Shown here: piece by piece, positions 1 to 9,679 of the stretch
Position numbering within the stretch: the first letter of the stretch is position 1
Layout: each line of letters starts with the position of its first letter
From: PVC group bacterium
GTDB taxonomy: Bacteria; Auribacterota; Erginobacteria; Erginobacterales; Erginobacteraceae
Assembly: GCA_043804695.1 (NCBI GenBank)
Contig: JAZDIV010000009.1
Span: 1 to 42,272, forward strand
Direction of reading: 5' to 3'
DNA: 42,272 bases
Program-made: the position numbers and the translations under genes
Notes under the pieces: model-generated
The model's input: only the letters and a program-made list of their open reading frames with translations
Told to the model about the DNA's origin: nothing
The model's database searches: none

Positions 1-33
1 CCCTGCCACACAAGGTGGCAGGGGCCGTTTTTT
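1..33 (+). terminator. Rho-independent terminator of an upstream gene
   Basis: Stem ccctgccac/gtggcaggg (1-23) followed by a T-run. Confidence 0.6.
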
Positions 34-245
34 GTTTGATGTGACATCATAGATAGGGAACTTACATTCCGGTGAGGCAAGCTCACCGGGGATGGTATTA
101 TGTTATTAATATTAAAGCGCATGCGAACTTTTATTTCGATAGAAAGACAGTAATATTTCTAACAGTTCGCTTAATTTGGGCCTAGGCCCGTTTGACTCAG
201 TATAAACGAAACAGGCAATAGGATGCAACCGGTTTTCTGATCAGC

Positions 246-914
246 ATGAAAATAGTACTGGCAACCCGTTCCCCCCGGAGGAAGGCTCTCCTTGCTTTCG
301 CCGGGGTACCGTTCGTCACTTGCTCCAGCACCGACGACGAGGTCATTTATCCGTGTTTGCCCGCAAAGACTGCCCGCCATAACGCGGAAGCGAAAGCCAC
401 CCGGGGTGCCCGGGAGTATCCCGGGGCAATCGTACTTGCCGCCGATACCGTCGTTTACCTGGATAAAATCTTCGGCAAGCCGGAGAACCCCGCCGGGGCC
501 CGGGAGATGCTGAGAAAGCTCTCCGGCCGGACGCACGCGGTCCACACTGCGGTGGCATTGATTTATCCCCGGGCCGGGCCGGCCAAAATCCGGGTCGCCG
601 TTTCCCGGGTGACGATGCGAAAACTTGATGAGAAAACCATCTCCCGGTATCTCCGCCTGGTCAACCCGCTTGACAAAGCGGGGGGTTATGCCGTTCAGGA
701 GCACGATGAAATCCTGATCGAGAAAATCGAGGGCTCCCTTAGCAACGTGATCGGCCTGCCGCTGGAAGTCCTGGCGGAACTATTCGGCTGCTTCCCGGAG
801 ACCCGGCGCTACGCCTCCCGTTTAAAAGCGGCGGCGGAGACGTACCGCTTGAACGCGAGTGCCCCTGGCCGGCCGCCGGGTCAAACGTCGGCCTCATCAA
901 CCCGAGGGGGATAA
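246..914 (+). CDS. maf: Maf-family nucleoside triphosphate pyrophosphatase
   Basis: IVLATRSPRR, LAADTVV, GKP, DKAGGYAVQ, IEGSLSNVIGLP motifs. Confidence 0.93.
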   Translation: MKIVLATRSPRRKALLAFAGVPFVTCSSTDDEVIYPCLPAKTARHNAEAKATRGAREYPGAIVLAADTVVYLDKIFGKPENPAGAREMLRKLSGRTHAVHTAVALIYPRAGPAKIRVAVSRVTMRKLDEKTISRYLRLVNPLDKAGGYAVQEHDEILIEKIEGSLSNVIGLPLEVLAELFGCFPETRRYASRLKAAAETYRLNASAPGRPPGQTSASSTRGG

Positions 915-1250
915 CCCGCAGACATTCCTGTCTGTAGAAGGTAGCACAGACATTCCTGCGACCGGACGAAGCGTGTTAAGAAATAAAACCTGTAGCGAAG
1001 ATCCCACGTCGCTGTTTGTCAAGCAATATAGGAGTTTTTCAGGCCTTGTCTAACCGTTAGACCTTGGCGTTTTAAGCACGGATCGGTGCAAAAAATCACG
1101 GAATTTTTGCATTGCTCCCGACTACGCTTTTAAACGTTTGGTGGCTTTTTTAACGGCGCGACCAGTGTTGCGAACTTGCCGATCAGATCCAGGGACCCGT
1201 CGAACTCGATCGTGAGCTTGCCCCCTTGGATAATAAGACAGATTGGACAC

Positions 1251-1278
1251 TTGACAACGATATCAATAGTGATACCAT
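1251..1278 (+). promoter_or_regulatory. Sigma70-type promoter of hicAB with a palindromic operator in the spacer
   Basis: TTGACA 1251-1256, TACCAT 1273-1278 (16-bp spacer); TATCA-N4-TGATA at 1261-1274. Confidence 0.65.
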
Positions 1279-1284
1279 ATTATT

Positions 1285-1542
1285 ATGCCCAGGGTTGACA
1301 ACATAGTCGAACAGATGCGGCGGAATCCCAGGGGCGTGAGTTTCGCGGACGCCTGCCGCGTCTGTGACCACTACTTCGGGCAACCCCGGCAGAAGGGCAC
1401 GAGCCACCGGGTGTACAAGACCCCGTGGCCGGGCGACCCGAGAGTCAATATTCAGAGTGCCGGGGGCAAAGCCAAGACGTATCAGGTCAGGCAAGTCCTG
1501 AGAGCGATTGAGAGGTTGGAATATGAAGACCATTCGAAATGA
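1285..1542 (+). CDS. hicA: HicA-family toxin
   Basis: 85-aa basic protein with GTSH motif and AKTYQVRQV; overlaps a HicB-like gene. Confidence 0.88.
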   Translation: MPRVDNIVEQMRRNPRGVSFADACRVCDHYFGQPRQKGTSHRVYKTPWPGDPRVNIQSAGGKAKTYQVRQVLRAIERLEYEDHSK

Positions 1543-1855
1543 TCACTATACCTACCGTGTGACCTGGTCGGAGGACGATCAGGAATACGTCGGTCTCTGC
1601 GCGGAGTTTCCGAGTTTGAGCTGGCTGGCATCATCCCCTGAGGCTGTGCTTCGGGGCATTCGTGGTGTTGTTGCAGGCGTCGTTGCAGACATGAAGGAAT
1701 CGCAAGAACCAATTCCGGAACCATTGGCCAGCCGGGAATTCAGCGGCAAGTTCATGGTCCGAGTTCCACCGGACGTGCACCGGGAACTCGCCGTAGAAGC
1801 GGCGGAAGCCGGCGTGAGCCTGAACCGTCTGGCAACGATCAAGCTCGCGCATTGA
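1523..1855 (+). CDS. hicB: HicB-family antitoxin with C-terminal RHH
   Basis: YTYRVTWSEDDQEYVGLCAEFPSLSW and FSGKFMVRVPPDVHRELA..VSLN; ATG 1523 after GAGAGG. Confidence 0.9.
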   Translation: MKTIRNDHYTYRVTWSEDDQEYVGLCAEFPSLSWLASSPEAVLRGIRGVVAGVVADMKESQEPIPEPLASREFSGKFMVRVPPDVHRELAVEAAEAGVSLNRLATIKLAH

Positions 1856-1965
1856 GATACGAATGTGCCAACCATTGCCTTCCGGCGATGGCTGGCTGCC
1901 GCGCCTGCCGCACCCGGTCTGTTGTTCATTGCCGGGGTTTGATCCCGGATTTCTCCCAGTCCCTT

Positions 1966-2154
1966 TTATTCCTCCGGATTGGGCAGGTTCATCCATTCTT
2001 CCTGGCCGTCCTCGGGCGTGAGCGCCTCGATGGCCTCATCCTCAAACTGGACGAAGCGGGCAATCTGGAGGCAGTCCCGGACCTTCGGCAGTTTAGCGGA
2101 CGCCCGGGCGAACTCCCCGACCGTCATCCCGGAAAGCTTCCCCAGGTCAACCAT
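1966..2154 (-). CDS. Small hypothetical protein or gene fragment
   Basis: 62-aa ORF co-oriented downstream of the SWIM gene; no motif recognised. Confidence 0.3.
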   Translation of the reverse strand: MVDLGKLSGMTVGEFARASAKLPKVRDCLQIARFVQFEDEAIEALTPEDGQEEWMNLPNPEE

Positions 2155-2234
2155 ATTCCCGGGTGACGGCGTTGGCCTGTTGAGGTGAAATGCCCGTCAA
2201 AACATGAATCAATAGTAGACTTGATCCCTTGTCT

Positions 2235-4229
2235 TTACGAGCGCACAATCGGAGTGCGGCGCCCTTCCAGCGAATTCAGAACCTCAAGCATGCGCGGGCG
2301 GCGATTGTTTTGCTCGCGCAGTTTGGACAGATAGCCGATCCATTCCGAGGTTCGCTGGGTCCGCTCAAAAACAGCCCGTATCTTCTTTAGATACCCGCCC
2401 GCCGCCTGGTAAGCGGCGGGTTTTACCTGGGCGATTTCTCTGGAGGCCAGTTCCTTCCAGATCGCGATGGCATTGTCCGGGTGGGTCTCCTGAACGGCTC
2501 GCGCAATCTTCTCACCTTTGTCGTTACAGCCAAACACACCAGGTTTTCCGCGCTGCCGGTACCACCGAAGCGCGTCGTCATGGCGTTTTTCCTTGATGGC
2601 GATGTCGATAAGCGTTGCGGTATCCGGAAAGCAGCTCCATCGTGCCTCCTTTTTGCGCTCGGGTAATTCCGGCGAAGGCAATGGCCAGAGGAGTGGCACC
2701 GAAACTTCGTCCATGGTTTTTCGAGGCCTCTTCTCTCGCCGTGATACGGGCGGCGCGGCACAGTGCGGCGCGATGTCCGGTCGCCGACCGGTTTCCAAAT
2801 AGGTCAAGATCGGACCTCGAATGGTGTCCCAAACCCCCGCCTTAACGGCCGCCTTTTCAAGCTCGGAATAGAGCTGCAAATTTGGATTGTCAAAAAACTT
2901 CAGGGCGCAATAAGCGGCCGCCAGCGGGTAATTCCTTGCGCGGACAGCCAGTTTGCGCAGTTGTTCCTCCAAATGCCAGGCTATTCCCGGCGCATGTGCC
3001 AGCGTTTCGATAAACCCCTTTTTCGCCCACTCCCGCGCCTTCTCTGTCTGGCCGGATTCAATCAGCTTATCTACCAATTTGATATAGCAATCGGTTTTGG
3101 CCGTTTCGCGCTCCAGTAGCGGGATTACTTCTTTGGTGCGGCCCGCCTTTTCAAGCGCGCCCAGTAACCAGAGCATGATCTGCTCCCGGTCGAACTTTGC
3201 GGAGAAGTCGTCTCGTGAACCTGCCTGTCGTTGCGGCAGTTTATCCAGCCGGGCGAATAGAACATCCGCCACCTGACTCCAGTCCGCTTTTTTGCCGGCG
3301 CTCCCGGCAGCCAGAAAACCTTTCAAACCGTCCAGGAAGCTGTATTCATCCGCCAGCCGCAGGTTAATTTCCCATAACAGGCGTTGGGAGGCTGACAGAC
3401 TCGATCGCTTCACGGCCTTGAAAACCACCGCCATGCAGTCGGCAATCTCCATGCCGGTTTCGCCCTCGTCATGCGACTGCTCGACCTGCCGAATCCCCCG
3501 CTTCATCAGATACGCGCCCAGTTCGATCACGGCATCCGCCCGACCGGCGGCCAGCAGGTTTTCCAGGCGCTGTTTGACGCGGGAATAATCGGGAATATGG
3601 CTTTCGCCTCTCCAGTGATTTGTCCAGCCCGGTTCGTCTGATGCGTGCGCGATCTCCCGGCGGGTCGCGGCAATCAGTTTGGCGGTATTGCCCTCCCGCA
3701 CGTCCGCCCGATCCGAGAGCTGCCGGCGCAATTCCGGGATGCTGTCGCGCCCCTCGAGAAGAAGATCCACCAGTTCCTTTTTCGACAGCCCTTCCAGATG
3801 GGTGCGGACAAGCTTGTTTTCCTTGGCCACCCGCGAGGCGGCGGCGAGAGGGGGGATGTCTTCGTCCCCGTCGTCCCTGTCACCATCCGCCTCGGCGAGT
3901 TCGGCAAATCGCTCGTCGTCCGGATCGGCCGGGGGCGGCGTGAGCATGTTCTTCGCGGCGTCCAGATAAGCCAGAATCACGGCCACTGCGTGTTTGCACG
4001 GCCCCCAGGAATATGGGCAGGTGCATTCCGAGGACAATTTTCCGGCGGCATCCATCCTCGCCAGCGTGGCGTAGCGGTCGCCGCCCTGTACCCACGCGAG
4101 AAGCGCGCCGTCGGCGGTGACGCGCAAATCTTCTACCGCCCGTTTATAAGACTTGCTCCGGCTTACCACCCGGTCGCCGGCCCAGTCCTTCAAGTCTTCC
4201 CAGGTCAAGTCGGCAAAGGTCATGATCAT
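2235..4229 (-). CDS. SWIM zinc-finger protein with helical-repeat C-terminus
   Basis: ECTCPYSWGPCKHAVAV (CxC..CxH) near the N-terminus; 664 aa. Confidence 0.88.
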   Translation of the reverse strand: MIMTFADLTWEDLKDWAGDRVVSRSKSYKRAVEDLRVTADGALLAWVQGGDRYATLARMDAAGKLSSECTCPYSWGPCKHAVAVILAYLDAAKNMLTPPPADPDDERFAELAEADGDRDDGDEDIPPLAAASRVAKENKLVRTHLEGLSKKELVDLLLEGRDSIPELRRQLSDRADVREGNTAKLIAATRREIAHASDEPGWTNHWRGESHIPDYSRVKQRLENLLAAGRADAVIELGAYLMKRGIRQVEQSHDEGETGMEIADCMAVVFKAVKRSSLSASQRLLWEINLRLADEYSFLDGLKGFLAAGSAGKKADWSQVADVLFARLDKLPQRQAGSRDDFSAKFDREQIMLWLLGALEKAGRTKEVIPLLERETAKTDCYIKLVDKLIESGQTEKAREWAKKGFIETLAHAPGIAWHLEEQLRKLAVRARNYPLAAAYCALKFFDNPNLQLYSELEKAAVKAGVWDTIRGPILTYLETGRRPDIAPHCAAPPVSRREKRPRKTMDEVSVPLLWPLPSPELPERKKEARWSCFPDTATLIDIAIKEKRHDDALRWYRQRGKPGVFGCNDKGEKIARAVQETHPDNAIAIWKELASREIAQVKPAAYQAAGGYLKKIRAVFERTQRTSEWIGYLSKLREQNNRRPRMLEVLNSLEGRRTPIVRS

Positions 4230-4942
4230 TCTTTCCCTCCGCCTCGGTTGCCGCGGATTTGTTTATCGAGTTCGGACAGGTTGTTGCGGGGAAGGTCGAA
4301 GCCCGCCGGGGCTCGTGCCGCCGCCTGTTCCAGCACGGTACGGGCTTCCGCGTGGGAACCGGCCTCCACCAGCGCCCAGCCGAGATCGTTCAGGCAAACG
4401 GCGCTCGTCGGTTCCAGTGCTACCACACGGCGCTCGGCGGCGACGGCCTCTTCTTTCCTGCCCAGCCGTCCGAGACAGTAGCTGACACCGGTCCAGTAAG
4501 CCGCGACCGCCGGTCTTGTCCTGCTCGCCGCCTGATAAAGATGCAAGGCGTTGCGAAGGTCCTTCCGATCCAGAAGGAAATTCCCGGCCTTATCCACGAT
4601 CTCGACAAGATCCGGCTCTTCCTGGGGTAACGAAGGCAGCGTCAGAAAGAGTTCCATCGCCGCGTCAACGCGGCCATACTGGTACTCGATCGAGCCGACG
4701 GTAAGCAGCGCCGAGGCGAAAAACGGGTCGATGGCGAGCGCGAGAACGCCGGCCTCAAATCGCGGTAGAGGGAAGTCCTCGCGGTCGACGCGGGCCAAGG
4801 CATCGGCGAATAGATCGCCGGCCATGCGCGAGTCATACTCCCATTGCGCGGCGGTCCGCCGATGCGCCGGTGGCGTGGAGGCATATTCGCGCCGGGCTTC
4901 CGCCAGGACCGGATCGGCCTGCACGAGTTGCGAGAACGGCAT
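4226..4942 (-). CDS. Tetratricopeptide repeat protein
   Basis: TPR patterns (AYWTGVSYCLGRLGRKEEA, CLNDLGWALVEAG); 4-bp overlap with the SWIM gene; ATG 4942 preferred, ORF open to 5032. Confidence 0.78.
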   Translation of the reverse strand: MPFSQLVQADPVLAEARREYASTPPAHRRTAAQWEYDSRMAGDLFADALARVDREDFPLPRFEAGVLALAIDPFFASALLTVGSIEYQYGRVDAAMELFLTLPSLPQEEPDLVEIVDKAGNFLLDRKDLRNALHLYQAASRTRPAVAAYWTGVSYCLGRLGRKEEAVAAERRVVALEPTSAVCLNDLGWALVEAGSHAEARTVLEQAAARAPAGFDLPRNNLSELDKQIRGNRGGGKE

Positions 4943-4983
4943 ATTGCGCAGCGTAGGGCGTTGTATGCTAGTGAGATTTCTTT

Positions 4984-5478
4984 TCACCGGAATCGGAACT
5001 TTGTAAGGCCCTTTACCATTGGACTCCCCCAAACATTTTCGCGCAGGGCCTTGGTGACACGCTCATCTGGAGAATTGTGAAGCGTAAGGTATAGGGATAA
5101 CCTATCCACTCTGTTATCGTCGGCTAAAAGCTCCGGTGTGTAGAAACTGTAGATTCCGTGTTCGTCGGTTATTTGTTCAATGTAGCGGATAGCCTCACTT
5201 TGATTATTCATAACTCCTCCCAATGTAAAGTAATCTTGCATAGTATAATTGTACTTTTTACCGTGCAAGATCTCTTTACATTCTGGCGATGCTGAATTCA
5301 AGCGAAAATTTATAATGTCCGGATCAACAATATCTTCCATTTTTCTGGAAAAAACGGCTGATACACCCTTTTGTAAGAATGAAACAATAAGCTCTTTAAA
5401 AATAGTTACCACCGACTTTGTATCAGTATTAAATAGAAAAATGATAACCAGGAGTATTAAAAAATTTTCAATTTCCAT
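4984..5478 (-). CDS. AT-rich hypothetical protein, possibly a fragment
   Basis: 164-aa ORF in AT-rich DNA; its first codons lie inside the palindrome at 5448-5489. Confidence 0.45.
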   Translation of the reverse strand: MEIENFLILLVIIFLFNTDTKSVVTIFKELIVSFLQKGVSAVFSRKMEDIVDPDIINFRLNSASPECKEILHGKKYNYTMQDYFTLGGVMNNQSEAIRYIEQITDEHGIYSFYTPELLADDNRVDRLSLYLTLHNSPDERVTKALRENVWGSPMVKGLTKFRFR

Positions 5479-5489
5479 GAATAATCCAG

Positions 5490-5717
5490 TTGAAGGGGAA
5501 AAAGGCGAAAAAGTTATTTGAGATTATTGCTCTGTCACCTGCTTTGAAAATCATCTGTCCAATCCTCTTAATCCTCTTGCTCTTCCCGGCCGCCGCTCGA
5601 TCGGCCGCCGATCTGAGGGAAGCCATTCTAAACGGTGACATTGCCGAAGTAAACAGGCTGATCCAGGAAGGTGCCGACGTCAATCTGCCGGACGTGATTA
5701 TTGGGGTCGGACCATAG
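5490..5717 (+). pseudogene. Truncated secreted ankyrin-repeat protein
   Basis: Signal-like LLILLLFPAAARSAA, then LREAILNGDIAEVNRLIQEGADVNLPD, ending where the direct repeat begins. Confidence 0.6.
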
Positions 5718-5937
5718 CAAGTTTCTGGGCCGCAGACTGATGAGGCCAAAACACCCCCTCAAAACAGGTCTTAGCCTTGATTTTTGGGCCCCGAAATCGA
5801 GTTTAAGGTTTTCCCGGGTGAATATACTCCCTTGCCGGACCTTTTAAACGCTGCCGGGAGAATTGAAAAGGGAAAAAAGAGAGCGGCACAGGCAGGGATG
5901 CTTGTGTCTCACTTCGCGCGCACAGGCAGGAATGTCT
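5698..5937 (+). repeat. ~240-bp direct repeat, copy 1
   Basis: Colinear with 6418-6668 (ggggtcggacca..ccccctcaaaacaggtcttagccttgattttt..gcacaggca). Confidence 0.9.
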
Positions 5938-6271
5938 CCAGGTGGCGGATCAAGGCCTCTTCCAGCGGAAACGTGAGGTAGAACTGGCGAAATCTGTTCA
6001 AATTCGGGTAGGAAAAACCGCGCCCGAATCTCGCGCTCAAATCCCCGGCCAGCCGTTCAAGCAATTCTTCTCCAGACTCGGCGCGAACTTGACCTTTTTG
6101 CTCGAACTCCACGATACGTCGTCCGATCAGCCAATAAGTCGCTGTCATGATGCAGTTTATCGAACGGGCCGCCGACCGCCGGGCCGCCTCAATGACATTG
6201 GCTATCTCACCAAGGACGGAATCGTAAGGTTCATCAAGCCTGGTCTCCGGCTTTGTCGGCGTTTTCATCAT
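5909..6271 (-). pseudogene. DUF1016/YhcG-family remnant, internally deleted and truncated
   Basis: N-domain TYWLIGRRIVEFEQKG..FGRGFSYPNL..FRQFYLTFP joined directly to the C-domain start LEEALIRHLETFL. Confidence 0.8.
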
Positions 6272-6417
6272 AGATCCTTCTTGCCGTAGGTTGACTGATC
6301 CTCCATTTTGGGGTTGTTTTAACTGCTCAGGAGCCGGGAGTCAGCCCCATGCCATGCATTTTAACCTGTTCCGGGTATATTGAAAGGGAAAAAGGTATCA
6401 GTTCTTGCACAGTCGGG

Positions 6418-6668
6418 TTATTCGGGGTCGGACCACAGCAAGTCTCTGTGCCGCAGTCTAATTATGACAAGAACTCCCCCTCAAAACAGGTCTTAGCCTT
6501 GATTTTTGACCCCCGAAATCGAGTTTAAGGTTTCCCCGGGGAATATACTCCTTTGCCGGACTGGCATTTTAAACGTTGCCGGGAGAATTGAAAAGGGAAA
6601 AAAGAAAAAGAGGGCGGCACAGGCACGAATGCCTGTGTCACACTTCGCTCGCACAGGCAAGAATGCCT
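6418..6668 (+). repeat. ~250-bp direct repeat, copy 2, ending in cacaggcaggaatgcctgtg-type palindromes
   Basis: Matches 5698-5937; partial copies at about 6356-6395 and 10650-10710. Confidence 0.9.
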
Positions 6669-6810
6669 GTGCTCCATTGCGCGCACAGACAGGAATGTCT
6701 ATGTCACCGTCACCTTCCCTGTCACCTTCCGGATAGGGGTTGCCACATTCTATTCGGCGTGGGAGAATACATGCCGGTTGGATCAAATAACAGACTGTTC
6801 GAGGAGTGGT

Positions 6811-7881
6811 GTGACCGATCTGCGGACTCTGTTGAACGAGTACATCGAGAGAGGGGAAGATCATTTCCCGCCCCTCTTCCGGAAGATCAAGCCCTGCATC
6901 TACTTCCCCCTCATCAAGTACAGGAACTTTTTTCCTGACGGAGCTTGCCCCGATGTTGACTATGTCAAGGAAGAAGGTTTTTCCGACCTTTTTGCTCTCC
7001 TCTGTAAGCGCAGGGCACCGTCCAAATACGACGCGATAAAGGAGTGCGTTTACGAAATCTGGGCGCTACTGGAGGAGAAGAAGGTTCTGGAGAAATATTA
7101 TTACGAGGGCCGTGACAGCGAGGGAATCAAGAATGGCCTTATGGGGATCGCCGGCAACTATATCTATGCCCAGGTGATTAAAAAAGAGCCGGAGATGAGC
7201 CGGCTCTTCAAGCGGGTGAACAGCCTCCTCCGGGATGAGCAGAAGTTCAAGGTCTTCCCGGACGCCAAGGAAAAAGAATGGTGGGGCTTGAGTTCCTGGA
7301 CCAATCCCGAGGAGTTTCATGGATCAATGGAAGAAATGGGGGTATTGCTCTCGCCGATTCCAGCTGTGGTTCGGATCAAGGAGCGCCCCGGCGCGAAGAA
7401 GGCCTCGATGGTGATTACCAACCTCCGATTGAAAGAGTTGATGGTCAGGATCCTCGATGCATTGAAAAAGACGCTCACCTCATCCCGCTTGATCAAAGCC
7501 ATCGGGCGGAAGGTCCCGATCATCGACGCCGGGTTCACCAGCCTGGATGTCCCCCGGAAGGAGGGCGGCGAGGACGAGGATGGGGCAGGCATCTGCGTAT
7601 TCCCGGTGAAGAAAGCTCCCTCCCGGGGGATGGCGGAAGACGCCGGTGATTTCTATGATTCACTGACGGAACGACAGCAGCAGGTCCTCCGGCTGTACTG
7701 GCTGGAGGAGAGGAACCTGGAGGAAACCGGTTCCGCCCTGGGGATATCAAAGTCCCTTGTGGCCGTGGAGAAGAATGTCATTCTGGAACTTCTTTGGGGG
7801 AAAGGATGGGGGAGTGTCGAGGAGTTCGAGCTATACGTCGAAGCGCTGCGGAACGCAACACTGGAAAAATCGGGCGATTGA
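6811..7881 (+). CDS. Atypical sigma-70/ECF-like factor with a large insertion
   Basis: Region-4 HTH LTERQQQVLRLYWLEERNLEETGSALGISKSLV; SLDVP; region-2-like LMGIAGNY; GTG 6811 after GAGGAG (ORF open from 6778). Confidence 0.7.
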   Translation: MTDLRTLLNEYIERGEDHFPPLFRKIKPCIYFPLIKYRNFFPDGACPDVDYVKEEGFSDLFALLCKRRAPSKYDAIKECVYEIWALLEEKKVLEKYYYEGRDSEGIKNGLMGIAGNYIYAQVIKKEPEMSRLFKRVNSLLRDEQKFKVFPDAKEKEWWGLSSWTNPEEFHGSMEEMGVLLSPIPAVVRIKERPGAKKASMVITNLRLKELMVRILDALKKTLTSSRLIKAIGRKVPIIDAGFTSLDVPRKEGGEDEDGAGICVFPVKKAPSRGMAEDAGDFYDSLTERQQQVLRLYWLEERNLEETGSALGISKSLVAVEKNVILELLWGKGWGSVEEFELYVEALRNATLEKSGD

Positions 7882-7942
7882 GCATTCTTTATTAATGTAA
7901 GCAAATTTATTGGTATCATCCCTTATGATAGCCATTACGATA

Positions 7943-8078
7943 GTCATTGCGAACGAAGTGAAGCAATCCGATGCGTAGCATCGTCCCGAGTAAAACGAGG
8001 GATCTATAGAGATCCTTCACTTCGTTCAGGATGACCCTTCGGGTCAGATTGCTTCGTCACTTCGTTCCTCGCAATGAC
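7943..8078. repeat. gtcattgcga..tcgcaatgac palindromic element with a second palindrome nested inside
   Basis: Complementary ends; nested gagggatct..agatccttc..caggatgac at about 7983-8035. Confidence 0.8.
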
Positions 8079-8119
8079 ACATAAAACTTATTTGATACTC
8101 TTCTTAATAACGGGAAGAA

Positions 8120-9475
8120 GTGATGAGCAGCAAAGATAATAACGGCAATTTAGAGCAATGTGTCCCTCTCGGGGTACTTGAGAGGTATGCGCTCGGGAGT
8201 CTATCGGGAGAAGATCTGAACATGGTCATGGATCATCTCAAAGAGTGCGCGCTCTGCTCCCGCCGTTTTGAGATCCTGACCGGATATTTCACCGGTCCCC
8301 CTGAATCTTACTCCGGGAAGGATCTGGAATTCTCGGACGAAGTTCCCCGCGGGGTCGCGGGGATGGTAAACAAAAAAGAAAAGCCTTCTCTTTGTCATTT
8401 CCCCCAGCCCGAAACTCCCTTACTCGGTCAGATCTGGAGAGTGCGACCGGAAAAGGAGGGGAGGGGATCGGCGACCGCGCTGGTTGTCCTGCTCCCGGAA
8501 ACCGTCAGTGGCGAGGGCGAATACCGCGCCGGCCTTCTCTCCTGGGAGGTCGAGCAGGCGTCCGAGCGGGACCTGGCTATCGGGGAGGATGAGAGCCCTC
8601 TCGGGATCGGTTTCATTGTCGAGATCTGGAACACGGTCAGCCTCCGGGCCGGACAGCTGGAGCGATGTGTCGGTGTTCTTTCGGCCGATCAGCAGAAAGC
8701 ACTGAAAAAACTGGCCGGCAGGAAACCCGGAGAAGAACCCGGCGTGGCGGCCGGGGAACCGATCAGGTCGCTCGAAGATGAGAGAATCTATTTCCAGAGT
8801 TTGGAGCGGCGCCGCACCCGGAAGATCGTGGAATCCGGACTGGAGGAAGACAATAAGGAAACGATTGCGGCCGAGATTGAGCGTCCATATTCCTTGGCCG
8901 GGGTGAGTTCAACAGCCCTGCTCTCCAGCCTGAAAGCAAGCTTTGCCCGTGCCCCTGAGTTCGCCGACTCCGCCTCGCGTTCGTTCTTTTTAAGCCTTAA
9001 GAAGTTTTACCGTAAGTACCTTATCCCCGTCTTCCCGATCGCCGTCGGCTTTGCCTTCCCGGTCATTGCCCACCTGTTCTTCAGGAGACTGTCAAAGTCG
9101 ATGACGAAGAGCAGGGTCCCCTCGCCGTTGAAGCCGGAAACGGAATTGCTGCAGGGTCTCTCTTACTGCGGCCTCGGGCGCTGGCAGAAAGCTCTGGCCG
9201 TCTTCTCGATGGTGATGGCCCACCCGGCTACGCTCTTCGCGGGGCTGGTCTTCTCGGCCTGGATCCTGGCCAGGATGGGGAAGTTCAAGCAGGCGGAAGA
9301 GAGTATCCGCCGGGCCAGAGAACTCCCGAAGAAAGTGCAGACCTTCGAGATCGACTTCGACCGGATCCAGCGGTTTATTGAAGAAGAGCGCGAAGCCGAG
9401 TTCAAGGAGTGGTTCGACAACACGATCGGCAACTACATCCTCAAAGAGACCGCCCGCCTCATCTCCTCACTTTAA
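8120..9475 (+). CDS. Zinc-finger anti-sigma-like multidomain protein (ZAS, PemK-like region, hydrophobic helix, TPR-like)
   Basis: HLKECALC (HxxxCxxC); GQIWRV..CVGVLS; LIPVFPIAVGFAFPVIAHLFF; directly downstream of the sigma-like gene. Confidence 0.65.
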   Translation: MMSSKDNNGNLEQCVPLGVLERYALGSLSGEDLNMVMDHLKECALCSRRFEILTGYFTGPPESYSGKDLEFSDEVPRGVAGMVNKKEKPSLCHFPQPETPLLGQIWRVRPEKEGRGSATALVVLLPETVSGEGEYRAGLLSWEVEQASERDLAIGEDESPLGIGFIVEIWNTVSLRAGQLERCVGVLSADQQKALKKLAGRKPGEEPGVAAGEPIRSLEDERIYFQSLERRRTRKIVESGLEEDNKETIAAEIERPYSLAGVSSTALLSSLKASFARAPEFADSASRSFFLSLKKFYRKYLIPVFPIAVGFAFPVIAHLFFRRLSKSMTKSRVPSPLKPETELLQGLSYCGLGRWQKALAVFSMVMAHPATLFAGLVFSAWILARMGKFKQAEESIRRARELPKKVQTFEIDFDRIQRFIEEEREAEFKEWFDNTIGNYILKETARLISSL

Positions 9476-9501
9476 AATCCACCTGCAGGGTGGATTTTAA
9501 A
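9471..9501. terminator. 13-bp perfect hairpin overlapping the stop codon
   Basis: tttaaaatccacc-tgcag-ggtggattttaaa. Confidence 0.6.
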
Positions 9502-9528
9502 GAGTTATTGTTTCTAATTCATAGTATC

Positions 9529-9665
9529 GTGTCTCAGAAATACATTGATATTTATTTGTCATTGCGAGCGCAGCGAAGCAATCTCAACTCATTGGGATCC
9601 AAAGAGATTGCTTCGTCGCTCCGCTCCTCGCAATGACTTGGTTATACACATTATCTTTGAGACAC
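9529..9665. repeat. Palindromic element, gtcattgcgag family
   Basis: Core 9558-9637 within an outer inverted repeat gtgtctca/tgagacac. Confidence 0.8.
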
Positions 9666-9679
9666 AACAATAGAACCTA

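Noticed and set aside
985..1180. Possible IS1634-like right end before hicA
   Set aside because: Only a vague end-like motif (ttgcgaacttg) and no transposase
5784..6736. Paralogous small ORFs 5784-5981 and 6506-6736
   Set aside because: Translations of the non-coding direct repeat
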